A stretch of 64,000 nucleotides of DNA from the human T2T-CHM13v2.0 reference genome, Homo sapiens. The number at the start of each line of letters is the position of its first letter. The first letter of the stretch is position 1. Of the stretch, positions 1 to 11,870 are shown in pieces. The position numbers were made by a program, and so were the translations under genes. Location: assembly GCF_009914755.1 (NCBI RefSeq), contig NC_060935.1; one strand, given 5' to 3'. Below the pieces are notes generated by a model that was not told where the DNA came from, searched no databases, and saw only the letters and a list, made by a program, of their open reading frames with translations.

Positions 1-53
1 GTCAAGCAGATGGGGCTCAACATATCTTTAGAGGGAGTACAGGGTACATGTTA

Positions 54-456
54 TGTTGCACTACCCAAGTCCCCTTTAGGAAATGAGGGAATCATTCTCC
101 CAGCCGCAGGGAGTACTCCCAGAATATCACCCTCAGCTGACAGCCGTCTCTGGGCTGGGGATTGTTTTGGCTGAAGAAAACTGTCTCATCCAGGGTCACA
201 CCTTCCAGAGGCAGCCTACATCCAGTGAGTCATTCAACTTGGAGGTATAAAGGTCCAGCCCACTCTCTCCAATTTGGGACATGTCTGTGGAGTTTCTGAG
301 GCCTTTGCTGGGACTGCATTGCTTTGTTGGACTCTCCCTCTGACCAGTCTGCTTTCTTCTTCTCTCTTCCACAGGTATTAATCCCTAGAGAACTCTCTTA
401 CAAATTTCCTAAACGCTAATGTCAGAATTTGCCTTCCAAAGGATCCAGCCTAAGAT
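54..456 (+). mobile_element. ERVL solo LTR, LTR16-like
   Basis: TG start, internal TATAAA (~246), and a 3' end 'cctaaacgctaatgtcagaatttgccttccaaaggatccagcctaaga' resembling the LTR16 terminus. Confidence 0.65.
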
Positions 457-764
457 GTGTCCAGTTCAGGAAAGTGTCCTGAAACATTACATTCAGCTGA
501 GTTGTGGGCACTGAGAGAGAGAAACGCAAACAGAGAGTACTTATGATTCCAGGGATCAACTTAAGTGAAGACCCAGACGACTTAAAGACTCAACACCAAA
601 ACTTTGAAAACCTTGCCTGTCTCATCTGGGGCCTGACACAGTCTTTGTTGAATGAATTAATAATGATAGGTGAGCTTTTTCTATTTATTTCAGATTGCAG
701 GTTGCATTTGTTTATTTGTTTACAACAAAAGTGCATGAACAAATCATACCAAGCAGGAATAATA

Positions 765-945
765 ATAGCTATCATTTATTGAGCTCTTACTTTGTGCCAA
801 GCACTTTGTGTATACTGTCTTATTTATTTCTCATAATGATCCTGTGAGGCAGATACTATTGTTATTCTAATTTTATAGATAAGAAAACTGAGGTTTAACT
901 AAGTTAAGATGCTTGCTATAGTCAAAGAGCCAGTGAAACTCTTGG
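765..945 (-). mobile_element. MIR SINE
   Basis: Reverse complement of MIR 3' end and core ('tttattgagctcttactttgtgccaagcact...ttttatagataagaaaactgagg'). Confidence 0.8.
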
Positions 946-1464
946 CCACACATACTAGACTCCCTGGGGACAAAGAACCTCAAAGGAGCACCGCTGAGAG
1001 CTGCTGGAGCCCAGAGGGGGTTGCGCCCTCTCTGCCAGATGTCCATGGATGCCTGGCCCTTTGGATGGTTCTGCCTCATGCAGCTTGAGGCTAGGAGAGC
1101 TGAGACCAGGCTACGGTTTGGCTTCTGCCTCTTTATTTCGGGGAATGGCATGAAGATCAAAGTGCTCAGCTGCTGGTGAGAGAGCCATAGTTCCAAAGCT
1201 GTAGATAGTTGCCTCTGCTCAAATGAAGGGAAACTTGATAGACGAGTTTTTCCTGCCTTTGGCAAAGAAGGTGCCAGCACAAGGGTAATATTTAAAGATC
1301 ACACAGGGATTTTTTTTTTCCAGGAGATTGTGTATTGAAAAAGGGTGTGGGGTTGGCGAGGTGTAAGGGGAGGCCTTTAACAAAAAAAGAAGCTTGTACA
1401 TAGGTTCCTTTGCTGGTGGGATTTTGTGCACAGAAGATGCAACATGCCTCTTGTTTTTTTCTGC

Positions 1465-1580
1465 TCATCAACTCAATCATCTGTTCCACCCATGTCTATT
1501 GGGTGCCTACTACATGTCAGGCACAGTTCAAGACACTGGGATGTAGCATTCTAGATTGTAGCTTTCATGGAGCTCATATG
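1465..1580 (-). mobile_element. L2 3' end fragment
   Basis: 'tattgggtgcctactacatgtcaggcacagttc...tttcatggagctca' matches the antisense L2 3' end. Confidence 0.6.
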
Positions 1581-4500
1581 CTACTGCGGGGAGGATAGGC
1601 CTGCCTGTGCAGAGAGCTGGGTTGCAATCTTGTAGTATTTTCTCATGACAATATCGAGTGCTCAGAATTGCTAGCACTAAGCACATGGGTAAGCGCACAA
1701 GTGTAACAATGGGTTTCATCTACGTAAGCAGAGGGAATTACAGAACTAAGCAGGAAAGTCCATGGAGTGCACAAATGGGTGATTGTAAATCCCCTTGATG
1801 CATCTGGCAGGACACTTAACAGTGGGGTGCAGGAACGATTTAGAGTAAAACCTTATGAATAACGGGGATGGGGGAGCCGAGGCAGCCAGCCTAGAAGTTG
1901 TCCTATTCCCATCAGCAGTTAAAGAGGGCTATAAAGGCCATCTCTTTCAGCATGATGAAGAGCAGAGGTTTTCTAACCTTACTAGCTAGGTTTACTAGCA
2001 GCAGGCACTGGACCAAGTGGATTTTCACTGGAGGAGAAATACAGCCTACACATTACATTTGTTGTGCAATTAGAAACAAGAACAGTAAAGGTCAGAGTTA
2101 GGAAGATGAAGACTTTGCAGGAGGAAGGACCGAGAGAGCTCACTGACTATTACTGCTTCAGACCTGATACAATGACAGGATGTGCCCTGTGAAGGATCCT
2201 GGTGGCACGTGACCCAGCACAGCATGCAGGAGATCCATGGATGAATCACAAGGATAACTGAAGAAGAGATTGCAGAACAGATTCAGGGAAGAGAATGTCA
2301 AAGGCCTTTTGTCTTGTCCTAGTGGAAAGGGGCAGGTAGTGAACCCCAGGCCCATGTGGTTGTTTTCATTGTGTACTATTTTTTCCCTACAATAAGTATA
2401 TTTATGCTTCACAGTTTGAAACATGTGTATGGGTCATCATATATTGTGGACTCTTTATTTTTAAACAAGTCTTTTTGCTGACATGCCTATAAGTATTGAC
2501 CAGGAGGGGACGTGAGTGGGCATATCCCCTCTCCATGGAAGTTGCCTGGTGCCCACCATGGGCAGACTAGCTGAGCTACCACTTAGAGGGCGGGTCTGAC
2601 CAAGAGTTAGGAATCCACCATCCTGGTTCGCTCTTTGAATTTCCTCCTGTGTTTTCTACAGTTGTGAAAGCTGCAGTCAGCCCTATCTGTGGGAACTTTA
2701 AGAAAGTGACCCATCCGACCCTGCAGCAACTTTCTGCCTGGTTTTTCTAAACTGCTAAGATTTTTGACAAGTGATTTCATGGTCCTTTTATTCCTGTGTG
2801 TCAGATGCACAGTATTTACTTTGTACTATGATTTGGATATGCAGAGAAAACATACTTTACTTTTTCTCCACCTAATATAACCTTCCTTTGAAGTCCTCAC
2901 CCAGCTGGTTAGCAAAGAGAAATTTTGTGTTCAAATTAAGGCTTAAATCAATATTAAAACCAATATTAAAGTATATTTAGATTAATCTCTTTTGGACAAA
3001 TGGCTCAATCTTTCAGATAATATTCTTCTTCCTTCTGGTATATTCTCATCTGGTGTGTCCAGATATACGTGTGAGGGGTGGTGGTGGTTTCTGCAACCTC
3101 ACGAGGGCCATGGGGAAGATTTAGGGTCTTTGTGCCTGTGCCCTGTGCTTCCTCTGGCCTCTGAAGAAGTGTAACACATGATCTGGCCCCTCTCAGCTGG
3201 ATCAGAGCCTGGGAGCACCCTCTGGCTGACTCATCCCGACCTTGGCTCTCTCTGGCATCAGACAACTCTGATGAGATTCCCATTTGGCTTTGGCTTGGCT
3301 GCTCCATTCAGTGGCCCTGGGTGCTCAGATCCTCCACCCTTGTCATGTCAAGAACTCCTTTGCTGGACTCTTGGGTTCTCCTTCACTGGAAGCAAAGGCA
3401 ACTCAGCAAAGGGAGCCTTGGAGTCTGCCTCTGCTTTACTGTGCTGGAGCTACCAGGGAGAGGCATCTGTCTGTCAGCTCAGTGTAGGCACCTGGGAATT
3501 AGCTTCCTCCTCTTCATCTTTACTGGGTTGCAGAATAGAACCTCTGCGCTTCTTTGCGTTCTCAGATTTATCTAACACATCCGCCCTCAGTCAGCCAGGA
3601 GGTAGCGGATGAGGGCAACAGCCTTGCTCTCCTGCCTCCCCTGTGTTCCTTCTATCTCCTGCTATTCCTGGACAGATTGAATGTGGTGGTAGGGAGGTGC
3701 TGAAGGGAAAGGAGGTGTCAAGCGTGGCTCTCAAGCTTGTGCTTGGTCCAGTCAGATGGATGGTGGTGCCATTTGCCAAGGTAGAGAACTCTGGAAGAGA
3801 ACAAATATGAGAAGGTAGATTATGAGTTTATGTTTTTAACATGAAGTGTTGTTGAATAAATGGATACACTAGAAAATAAAAACCTTGAGAAAAACAAACA
3901 TGTAGGCCTACACACACACACACACCATTTGCTTCCAAGAAGAGTTCTGTGCGCTTACATCTTACTCTTAGAAACACCATCTACTGTTGTAGCATTATGG
4001 ATTTTTACCTCCTTCTGCTGTACTGGAATCAGCCTCCATGACCTACATGATAAACACATTGAAAAGCTTTAGCACAGAAAGATGTGAAAAGAAACCCAGG
4101 GCATCTAGTGAGAACGGGCCCACACACTGTACAGGAAGTGATTAACCAACACCCAGCAGCCACACCAGCCTCAGATGGTATCATTCACTAATCAGAGATT
4201 GAAGAAACCCCAGAGGTGATGATGGTAAGTTTGGGAGGTGAAGGTGGTGGGGGAGCTGCGAGATGGAAGGCAGAAGATTAATTTAAAACTGAGAAAGAGT
4301 TTTCACCAGAAAACAACTTTGCTAAAAAGAATCTGCTGACAAGCCTAAGCCAATCTTTTAATTCAATCTAAATTCATCAGCTGAATGTGGTCTCTTACAA
4401 TTATGCTCCACTCTGCCACTAGCTAGGACTACCTCCTGCATGACCCCTTTGAAATGTTGATTTTCCCATACATGTGTTCATTCCCCTTGACTCAACGAGT

Positions 4501-5064
4501 CTAAACTTTGGACTTGATTCTAAGGAATGTATCCAACAATAGGAAGAAGCTGTAGGCATAATGTTCATTGGCACAGTCTCTATGATATAAGAACGCCCTT
4601 CATGTTAGGAATGTGCATCCACTTCATGAAGAACATTAACTGTGATCATTAGGAAAGCTATCCTGCAGCATGGAAAAATGCTTGGATATTCCCTTTATTG
4701 AAATGCCACCATGTGGAAGCACTATGCCACATTTAGATGCAAAACTATAAATGGATACACAAGGGAATAACAACCCTAGTGCATCTATTTGTTAAGTGAT
4801 TGGATTCCCTGGTATATCAGTTTATTCAGATGAAGATGAACCATAGAGATGATAAGTCCCTTTAAAAGGTTACACATTATAAGAGAACTGAGATTTGAAC
4901 CCAAGTTTGTCTTTCTATAAAGCCCATGATGTATTCAGACATTCAGTCAACAAATATTTATTGTCTTTACTATGTGCCAAAAATTGTTCTAGGCCATGCA
5001 CTTTGGATGATATTATATTCCCTGGAAAGAAAAGTAAAAATGCAGCTTTTCATATTCAAATGCA

Positions 5065-5367
5065 ATTTTTTTTTTTTTTAGACAGGGTCTTGTTCTGTCT
5101 TCCAGGCTGCAGTACAAGAGTACAGTGTCATAGTCATGGATCGCTGCAGTCTTGACCTCCTGGGCTCAAGAAATTCTCCCACCTTGGCCTCCAAAGTTGC
5201 AAGGACTGCAGGAGCATACCACTATGCCTGACTAATTTTTAAAAAAAATTTGTAGAGATGGTGTCTCAGTATGTTTCCCAGGCTGGTCTCGAACTCCTGG
5301 GCTCAAGCCAGCCTCCTGCCTCAGCCTCCCAAAGGACTGAGATTATAGGCATGAGCCACTGCACCTG
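5065..5367 (-). mobile_element. AluJ
   Basis: Poly-T followed by antisense Alu dimer with J-type 'gggctcaag' motifs; heavily diverged. Confidence 0.9.
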
Positions 5368-5597
5368 AAAATCATACAACTTCTTATCAGAGGATGGCAA
5401 CAAGAAGAGCAAGACTTAAATGTTTTAGATGTATTTTACAGTTTTTAGAAATTCAGTCTTGTCTACTCACCATCTGCTCATACCCTACCCATCTTCAAGA
5501 TTTCTCTCAAACTCCCTTCCCCATCTCCTCTAGCTCCACCTGGCCTCTTTCTTTCCTAACTCCCTTTGCCACACAACACACACCTTATTAGAGCTTG

Positions 5598-5665
5598 CTG
5601 AGTACTGATTGCCAGTGCTAGATAGCTACTCTGAGTACTGATTGCCAGCGCTAGATATCTACTCT
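5598..5665. repeat. 33-bp tandem duplication (2 copies, 2 mismatches)
   Basis: ctgagtactgattgccagtgctagatagctact (5598-5630) and ctgagtactgattgccagcgctagatatctact (5631-5663). Confidence 0.95.
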
Positions 5666-5984
5666 TAGGTATACATTTTGGTATACACTGTCTTGCTCTT
5701 CATACATATATATATATATATGTATGTATTTTTCTTTCTTTCTTTTCTTTCCAACAAGGCTATAAGCACTGCCCCAATCAATTGAGAGTTGTTAAGGCTG
5801 GAACTTCTCTTAGTAATAAACTTCACAGTGGTATTGCCTTACCAAAAAATCTCTATATTCAAACTAGAAAATGTGCAACTTTTTAACATTCTTCAACCCA
5901 GCAGCTTCAAGCCCACAGAGACTTGAAAATCAACAAAGGCACTTTAAAATATCTCATTTAATTATTTCAACAACCTATGTATAC

Positions 5985-6312
5985 CTATGTAATGAGCTAT
6001 AATAACAACCCTCAACTCTCAGTGACTTATTTCTTGCCAATGCTGCATGTAATATTTAGGTCAATGGGGGCTTTGTTCCATATCATGCCCACTCAGAGAC
6101 CCAGGTGATAGAGACTTTACTATCTGAAACATTCCCAGTCTCTAGGGTAAGAGGAAGAAGTGGTGATATAATTAAAGTCTTCCATAGTTCATTGGTGAAA
6201 GCAAATTAGATGGCCATACCCGAAATCAAGGAAGAATGGAAGTGTAATTCCACCAATTACTCAAAGAAGAAGAACCAGAAATATTCAGTGAAGAGCATTA
6301 ATGAGTACCACA
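5985..6312 (-). mobile_element. Old MaLR LTR (MLT1K/L-like)
   Basis: 'aacaaccctcaactctcagtgacttatttcttgc...cattggtgaaagcaaattagatggcca...gcattaatgagtaccaca' resembles antisense MLT1K/L. Confidence 0.55.
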
Positions 6313-6412
6313 ATATTATTGTTATTATTGTTCTTTCTCTCTTTTTACTTTGTAAACACAATTAAACCTCACGTAGGTTAAGTAACTTGTCCAAGGTCAA
6401 ATATTTAACCAC

Positions 6413-6884
6413 AGTATTAGTCAACTTGGGTTGCCTAATACAAATAATATAATATAATTATATAATAGTAACATATAATACAATTATATAACAATTATAT
6501 TATATATATAAATAACAAAATACCACAGACTAGGTGGTTTAAAAAACAGGCATTTATTTTCTGGAAGACCAAGATCAAGGTATGAGAAAGGTTGGGCTCT
6601 GGTGAGGCCTCTCTTTTTTGCTTGCAGAAAGCTGGCTTCTTACTGGGTCCTCACATGGCCTTTCCTTTGTATGTGTGCATGTCCAGGGAGGTGTGGGGAG
6701 AGAGGTCTCTGCATCTCTTCCTCTTCTTTATAAGGACTTCAGTTTTATTGGATCAGCGCCCCATCCTTATGACCTCATTTAACCTTAATTATCTTTTTAA
6801 AGGCCTTATTTCCAAATACAGTCACATTGGAAGTAAGGGCTTCAAAGCATGAATTTGGGGAGGGACATAATTCAGTCCATAACA
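6413..6884 (-). mobile_element. MLT1B-like MaLR solo LTR inserted in a MIR
   Basis: Starts 'gtattagtc', ends 'aattcagtccataaca'; diagnostic 'gacctcatttaaccttaattat'; MIR halves at ~6345-6412 and ~6885-6958. Confidence 0.85.
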
Positions 6885-7333
6885 CCATAGAAAAGCCATG
6901 ATTTGAACTGAGGTCTGTCTTATAGTTGAGTCTATGCTGCTTCTGCTCTACCACACTGTTTCTGCTTTCCAGGAAAGATGTACTGCGTACTCCTCAGGTT
7001 CTGGCCAACCTAAGTTATTATTCCCAGTGGGGCTTTTTGTTCACTAATCTCAATCTCTGATTCAGTTCATGTGTATCCTTTCCAGATATTATGCCTATTT
7101 GCCTTTCTATTAGCCTATTTATTGTTCATTTCTTATTTCTAAAAGACCCTACTATGTTTTCTTCAAAATAGTATGTATTGGTAATACCAAGATCAATAAT
7201 TCATAATTATAGGCTTTAAGGGTCCCATCTTCTAGAGGAGCAGCCAGTAAAACTAGCAAATAATTCCAAAAGCAATGTAATAAGCACTATAATTATGTTC
7301 TGTCTAGTCAGTTTTTGAAAACAGGTATCTCCC

Positions 7334-8268
7334 AAATTTTTGTATTCTACTCATCTGACAAAGGGCTAATATCCAGAATCTACAGAGAACTCTAACAAAT
7401 TTACAAGAAAAAAACTACCCCATCAGAAAGTGGGCGAAGGATATGAACAGACACTTCTCAAAAGAAGACATTTATGCAGCCAACAGACACATCAAAAAAT
7501 GCTCATCATCACTGACCATCAGAGAAATGCAAATCAAAACCTCAATGAGATACTATCTCACACCAGTTAGAATGACAATCATTAAAAAGTCAGGAAACAA
7601 CAGGTGCTGGAGAGGATGTGGAGAAATAGAAACACTTTTACACTGTTGGTGGGACTGTAAACTAGTTCAACCATTGTGGAAGACAGTGTGGCGATTCCTC
7701 AAGGATCTAGAACTAGAAATACCATTTGACCCAGCCATCCCATTACTGGGTATATACCCAAAGGATTATAAATCATGCTGCTATAAAGACACATGCACAC
7801 GTATGTTTATTGCGGCACTATTCACAATAGCAAAGACTTGGAACCAACCCAAATGTCCAACAATGACAGACTGGATTAAGAAAATGTGGCACATATACAC
7901 CATGGAATACTATGCAGCCATAAAAAAGGATGAGTTCATGTCCTTTGTAGGGACATGGATGAAGCTGGAAACCATCATTCTCAGCAAACTATTGCAAGGA
8001 CAAAAAACCAAACACCTCATGTTCTCACTCATAGGTGGGAATTGAACAATGAGAACACTTGGACACAGGAAGGGGAACATCACACACTGAGGCCTGTTGT
8101 GGGGTGGGGGAAGGGGGGAGGGATAGCATTAGGAGATATACCTAATGTAAATGACGAGTTAATGGGTGCAGCACACCAACATGGCACATGTATACATATG
8201 TAACAAACCTGCACGTTGTGCACATGTATGCTAGAACTTAAAGTATATATAAAAAAAAGAAAAGTAAA
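7334..8268 (+). mobile_element. 5'-truncated L1PA (about PA4-PA6): ORF2 C-terminus, 3' UTR and A-tail
   Basis: ORF 7443-8045 encodes the L1 ORF2 C-terminus (…[26 protein letters not shown]…LIGGN); G-rich L1 3' UTR; A-tail. Confidence 0.97.
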
Positions 8269-8309
8269 AAAAGAATGAAAAGACAAGCCACAGACTGGGA
8301 GAAAATATT

Positions 8310-8520
8310 TACACACATATATATATACACATGCATATACACATATATATGTGTATATATATATTTATACACATTTATATTTTTATATATTATATATCAC
8401 ATGCATATATATATATTTTAAAATATAAATATAATATATAGAATATAAATATATGTGAATATATATTTTTATAATATATAATATATATTTATATTATAAA
8501 AAATATAAACACACATATAT
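8310..8520. repeat. (TA)n / AT-rich low-complexity tract
   Basis: About 210 bp of degenerate TA repeats. Confidence 0.9.
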
Positions 8521-8724
8521 GTTAATAGATTTGTATCTACAACTGTCAAAACTTAATAATAAAAAAACAGTTTTTTACAAGGTAAGAAATTATAACAGAT
8601 GCTTCACCAAAAAATACGTGTAGTGACAAACAAGCACATGAAAAAATTCATTGAACATCTTAGGAAAATGCAAATTAAAACCATAATGAGATAACACTAC
8701 ATACCTATTAAAATGGCTAAAACA

Positions 8725-9028
8725 GGCCAGGCATAGTGGTTCATGCCTGCAATCCCAGCATTTTGGGAGGCGGAGGCAGGAGCATCACTTGAGGTCAGGA
8801 GCTCGAGACCAGCCTGACTAACATGGTGAAACCCTGTCTATACTAAAAATGCAAACATTATCTGGGCATGGTCGTGGGCGCCTTTAATCACAGCTACTCA
8901 GGAGGCTAAGGTAGGAGAACCGCTTGAACCCAGGAGCAAAGTTTGAAGTGAGCCAAGATCGTGCCACTGCTGCACTACAGCCTGGATGACAGAGACTCTG
9001 TCTCAAAAAAAAAAAAAAAAAAAAAAAA
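8725..9028 (+). mobile_element. AluS with TSD ggctaaaaca
   Basis: Full dimer with A24 tail; TSD at 8715-8724 and 9029-9038. Confidence 0.95.
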
Positions 9029-10311
9029 GGCTAAAACATAAACAAAAAAACAAAAAACCTGACCTTAATAAATGTTGGTTTGGTGGAAATATAAAATGGC
9101 AGGAACATCTCCTACATGATTCAGACATGCCAGTACTAAGTCTTTACCCAGGAGAAATAAAAGCATGTGTTCCTATAGAGACTTATATGCACGTTTGTAA
9201 CAGCTTTATTTGCAACAGTCCTGAACAAGAAATAGCCCCAAAGCCCACCAACTGGTAAACAGATAAACAAACCATGTTCTATTCATACAATGGAATACTA
9301 CTACTCAAGACTAAAAAAAAAAAATCAATCTACAACATGGAGAAAGCTCAAAATAGTTATACTTAGTGAAAGGAGATAGACAAAGTGCATACCTTTTATT
9401 TCACTTATATTAAACTATAGGAAATACAAACTAATGTACAGTGATGGAAAACTTATCAGCTTATCAGTGGTTGCTTGGGGATCTGGGAAAAGATGCATGG
9501 AGAAGAGCGGGAAGGAGGGATTAACAAAAGGTAACTGGAAACAAACCTTTGAGTAATGTTTATTTTTATTATCTTTATTTTGATGATGGTTTCCCAGGTG
9601 TATATTTATGTCAAAAAAGTCATACACTTTAAATATGTGCAGTTTAGAGTATGTCAGTTATACTTTATAAAGCTATTATGAAACAATGGAGAAAAATAAG
9701 TCCTATTAATTATCTTAATTGTTCTTCCCCAAAGCATTTGCAGCCTAATTATTTAGCCCACTACTAAGTGGTCGGTGGGTTAAAGAAAGAAGACATTTAT
9801 TTCATTCAAATGCTTGCAATCCAGTTTTGGCCAGAGGTGCAATGGATAGATGAGGATGTATACACACAAAACAATGCATCATTATCTAAAGCACTGTACT
9901 GATCACTTGTGACATGCTGAGGTAACAATTTATTTTTACAATTGAAGTTAAGATTTATTCTCATATGGAATTATAAAATCGCTGCTATTTTCTGACAGCC
10001 AACAATTGTCTGATTGTTCTAGCGTGTCTTTGAAAGGAGGCATCATTCTTTAGCTAAGTAGCTGTGGAACCTGTATGTAGCTTTCCTCCATCAGTTAACC
10101 AATTTCTTTACCATCTACTGTGCTCCAGACAGAGTGATGGGCATCAGAGTCACGGCGATGAGCAGATAAAGCTAGAGTTCTTCCCTTCTTGGAGCTTGCA
10201 ATGTCAGGACTCCAAGTTATTGAGAGGCTAGCAAGTCATAAGTCCCCTGGGACCCTGTGGAATGCCTAGGCTGAAGGTATGATGTAAGGAGAAGGTTAGA
10301 TTAGATCAGAT

Positions 10312-10542
10312 CAGTGTTTTTCAAACTGTAGATTGCAACCCATTAGTGGGTTGTGAAGTCAGTATAGTGGGTTGTCAGTGAAGACCAGCATTTAATAAAT
10401 AAATAAATGGAATACAGTATATTAGAGTACATTACATACATTAAGAACAAGTGAGATATTTCAATCGTGTGTGTGTATACTAAATTGTGAAATAAAGTAA
10501 ATTTCTTACTATAGATTATGATCAAAAAAGTTTGTAATACTG
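10312..10542. mobile_element. hAT-Charlie-type MITE
   Basis: Imperfect terminal inverted repeats (TIRs) 'cagtgtttttcaaact' and 'agtttgtaatactg'; internal 'cccattagtgggttgtga' motif. Confidence 0.6.
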
Positions 10543-11569
10543 GCTAAATGAATCACTAGAGCCCTCAGCTCTACTGTTTTAAAGAATTCTGATAATGATT
10601 CACCCCTTTTAAGTAGCTGGGGATTATATTTGGAACCATTATTTCTTTCATTGATTTGGTCCCAAATTTTCCTAACTTGGATTCAGCATTGGTCTTTTAG
10701 TGTCTATTTCTACTTTAATTTAACAATGTGAACTTCTTAAGGTTAATTCTTGTGTTTTATTTGTCTTTTTTTAAAAAAATATTTTTTGTGTGTAACCCAG
10801 AACTTTGCACACAGAAAGTTTTCAATAAATAATGGATTTTATTTTTAAGAAGTACTTTTGTTTAAGTCTTCAAGTACATATCAAGTGCCTACTATGTGCA
10901 GGACAAATACCTTCTGCTGTGCTAGGCGTGAGAAGTACTATGAACATAAATAACTGAGCTAACCTTTATTTGTACCTCTTCAACTGTACTTTCCAAATAT
11001 TCAGAGATTGTTCAGAATGAAAGTCCAGTCAGCCTCCTGGGCCACACAGCACAGCTGTTGTACCAGTGCCACGTATTCATGGTTAGGTATACTATGGCCT
11101 ATACCGAGCAACTGGGCAGTGTCTGTCGTTTTGGCAAGAGAAACCCCTGCCCTCACCACCACCCATCCTCCTTGGCCTCCTGAAGGAGTAACAGCTCCCG
11201 TTTCCTTTTGTGCCTTGTTCCTTGACTCACCTTAGAATCCTCACCTGGAGTCCCATCCTGATTTATCTCCATAGACCTCTGCAAACTAACAATGCCCTTC
11301 CTTAGCCTCTCTGGCTGCCACCAGTGGAAATCAAGAGAGTGTCCTACAGCATTCTCAGTGGGATGCCCTCCTCCCACCTCTACACTGCCATCAACAGGAG
11401 TCCAGAGCACAATCGTGAGCTCTACGTGCCCCTGAAACCCCCCTTCTCCCTACCCCGGTTTATTTCCAACACTTCTATTTTATCGCCATTGTCTGCCTTG
11501 AGACCATCTCAACAAATCTCATTCGTCCTTTTATATCAGTCACCACAAGAGACCCAATGCTCCAGGTGA

Positions 11570-11870
11570 CTCTCATCTCCACGTGGCTCCAATGTTATGT
11601 TACTGATGAGGCCTTCCTAACTTCACTAATTAAAAATGCAACCCACCCCTCTACAACCCTCCACACCTCCTGGGCCTTCTCTCTATTTTATTTTTCCCCA
11701 TAGCACTTACCATTATTGAGCATACTATGTATTACTTGTTTTATTGTCTTTTCCACTAGACTAGAAGCTGCATGAAGGCAGGAAGTTTGGTCTGCTCATG
11801 GCTGTATTCCCAGTGAACAGTGCCAAGCACATAGTCAGCACTCTGCAATGATATGTGGAATGAGGAATGT
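11570..11870 (+). mobile_element. L2 3' end
   Basis: 'cactagactagaagctgcatgaaggcagg...cagtgccaagcacatagt' matches the L2 3' terminus. Confidence 0.75.

Larger units (their letters stand above)
8270..9675 (+). mobile_element. Older L1M (MB/MC/MD-type) 3' part, interrupted by a TA-rich tract and an Alu
   Basis: 'gaatgaaaagacaagccacagactgggagaaaatattt', 'atgcaaattaaaaccataatgagata' and an L1M 3' terminus 'atgtcagttatactttataaagct'. Confidence 0.85.

Noticed and set aside
3005-3612. Overlapping 100-144-aa ORFs in unique sequence
   Set aside because: No recognisable domain or coherent exon structure; compatible with chance ORFs.
7443-8045. 200-aa ORF
   Set aside because: C-terminal piece of L1 ORF2 in a 5'-truncated copy, not a host gene.
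8099-8122. G-quadruplex motifs in L1 3' UTRs (also ~38138-38160)
   Set aside because: A standard, well-known feature of L1PA 3' UTRs.
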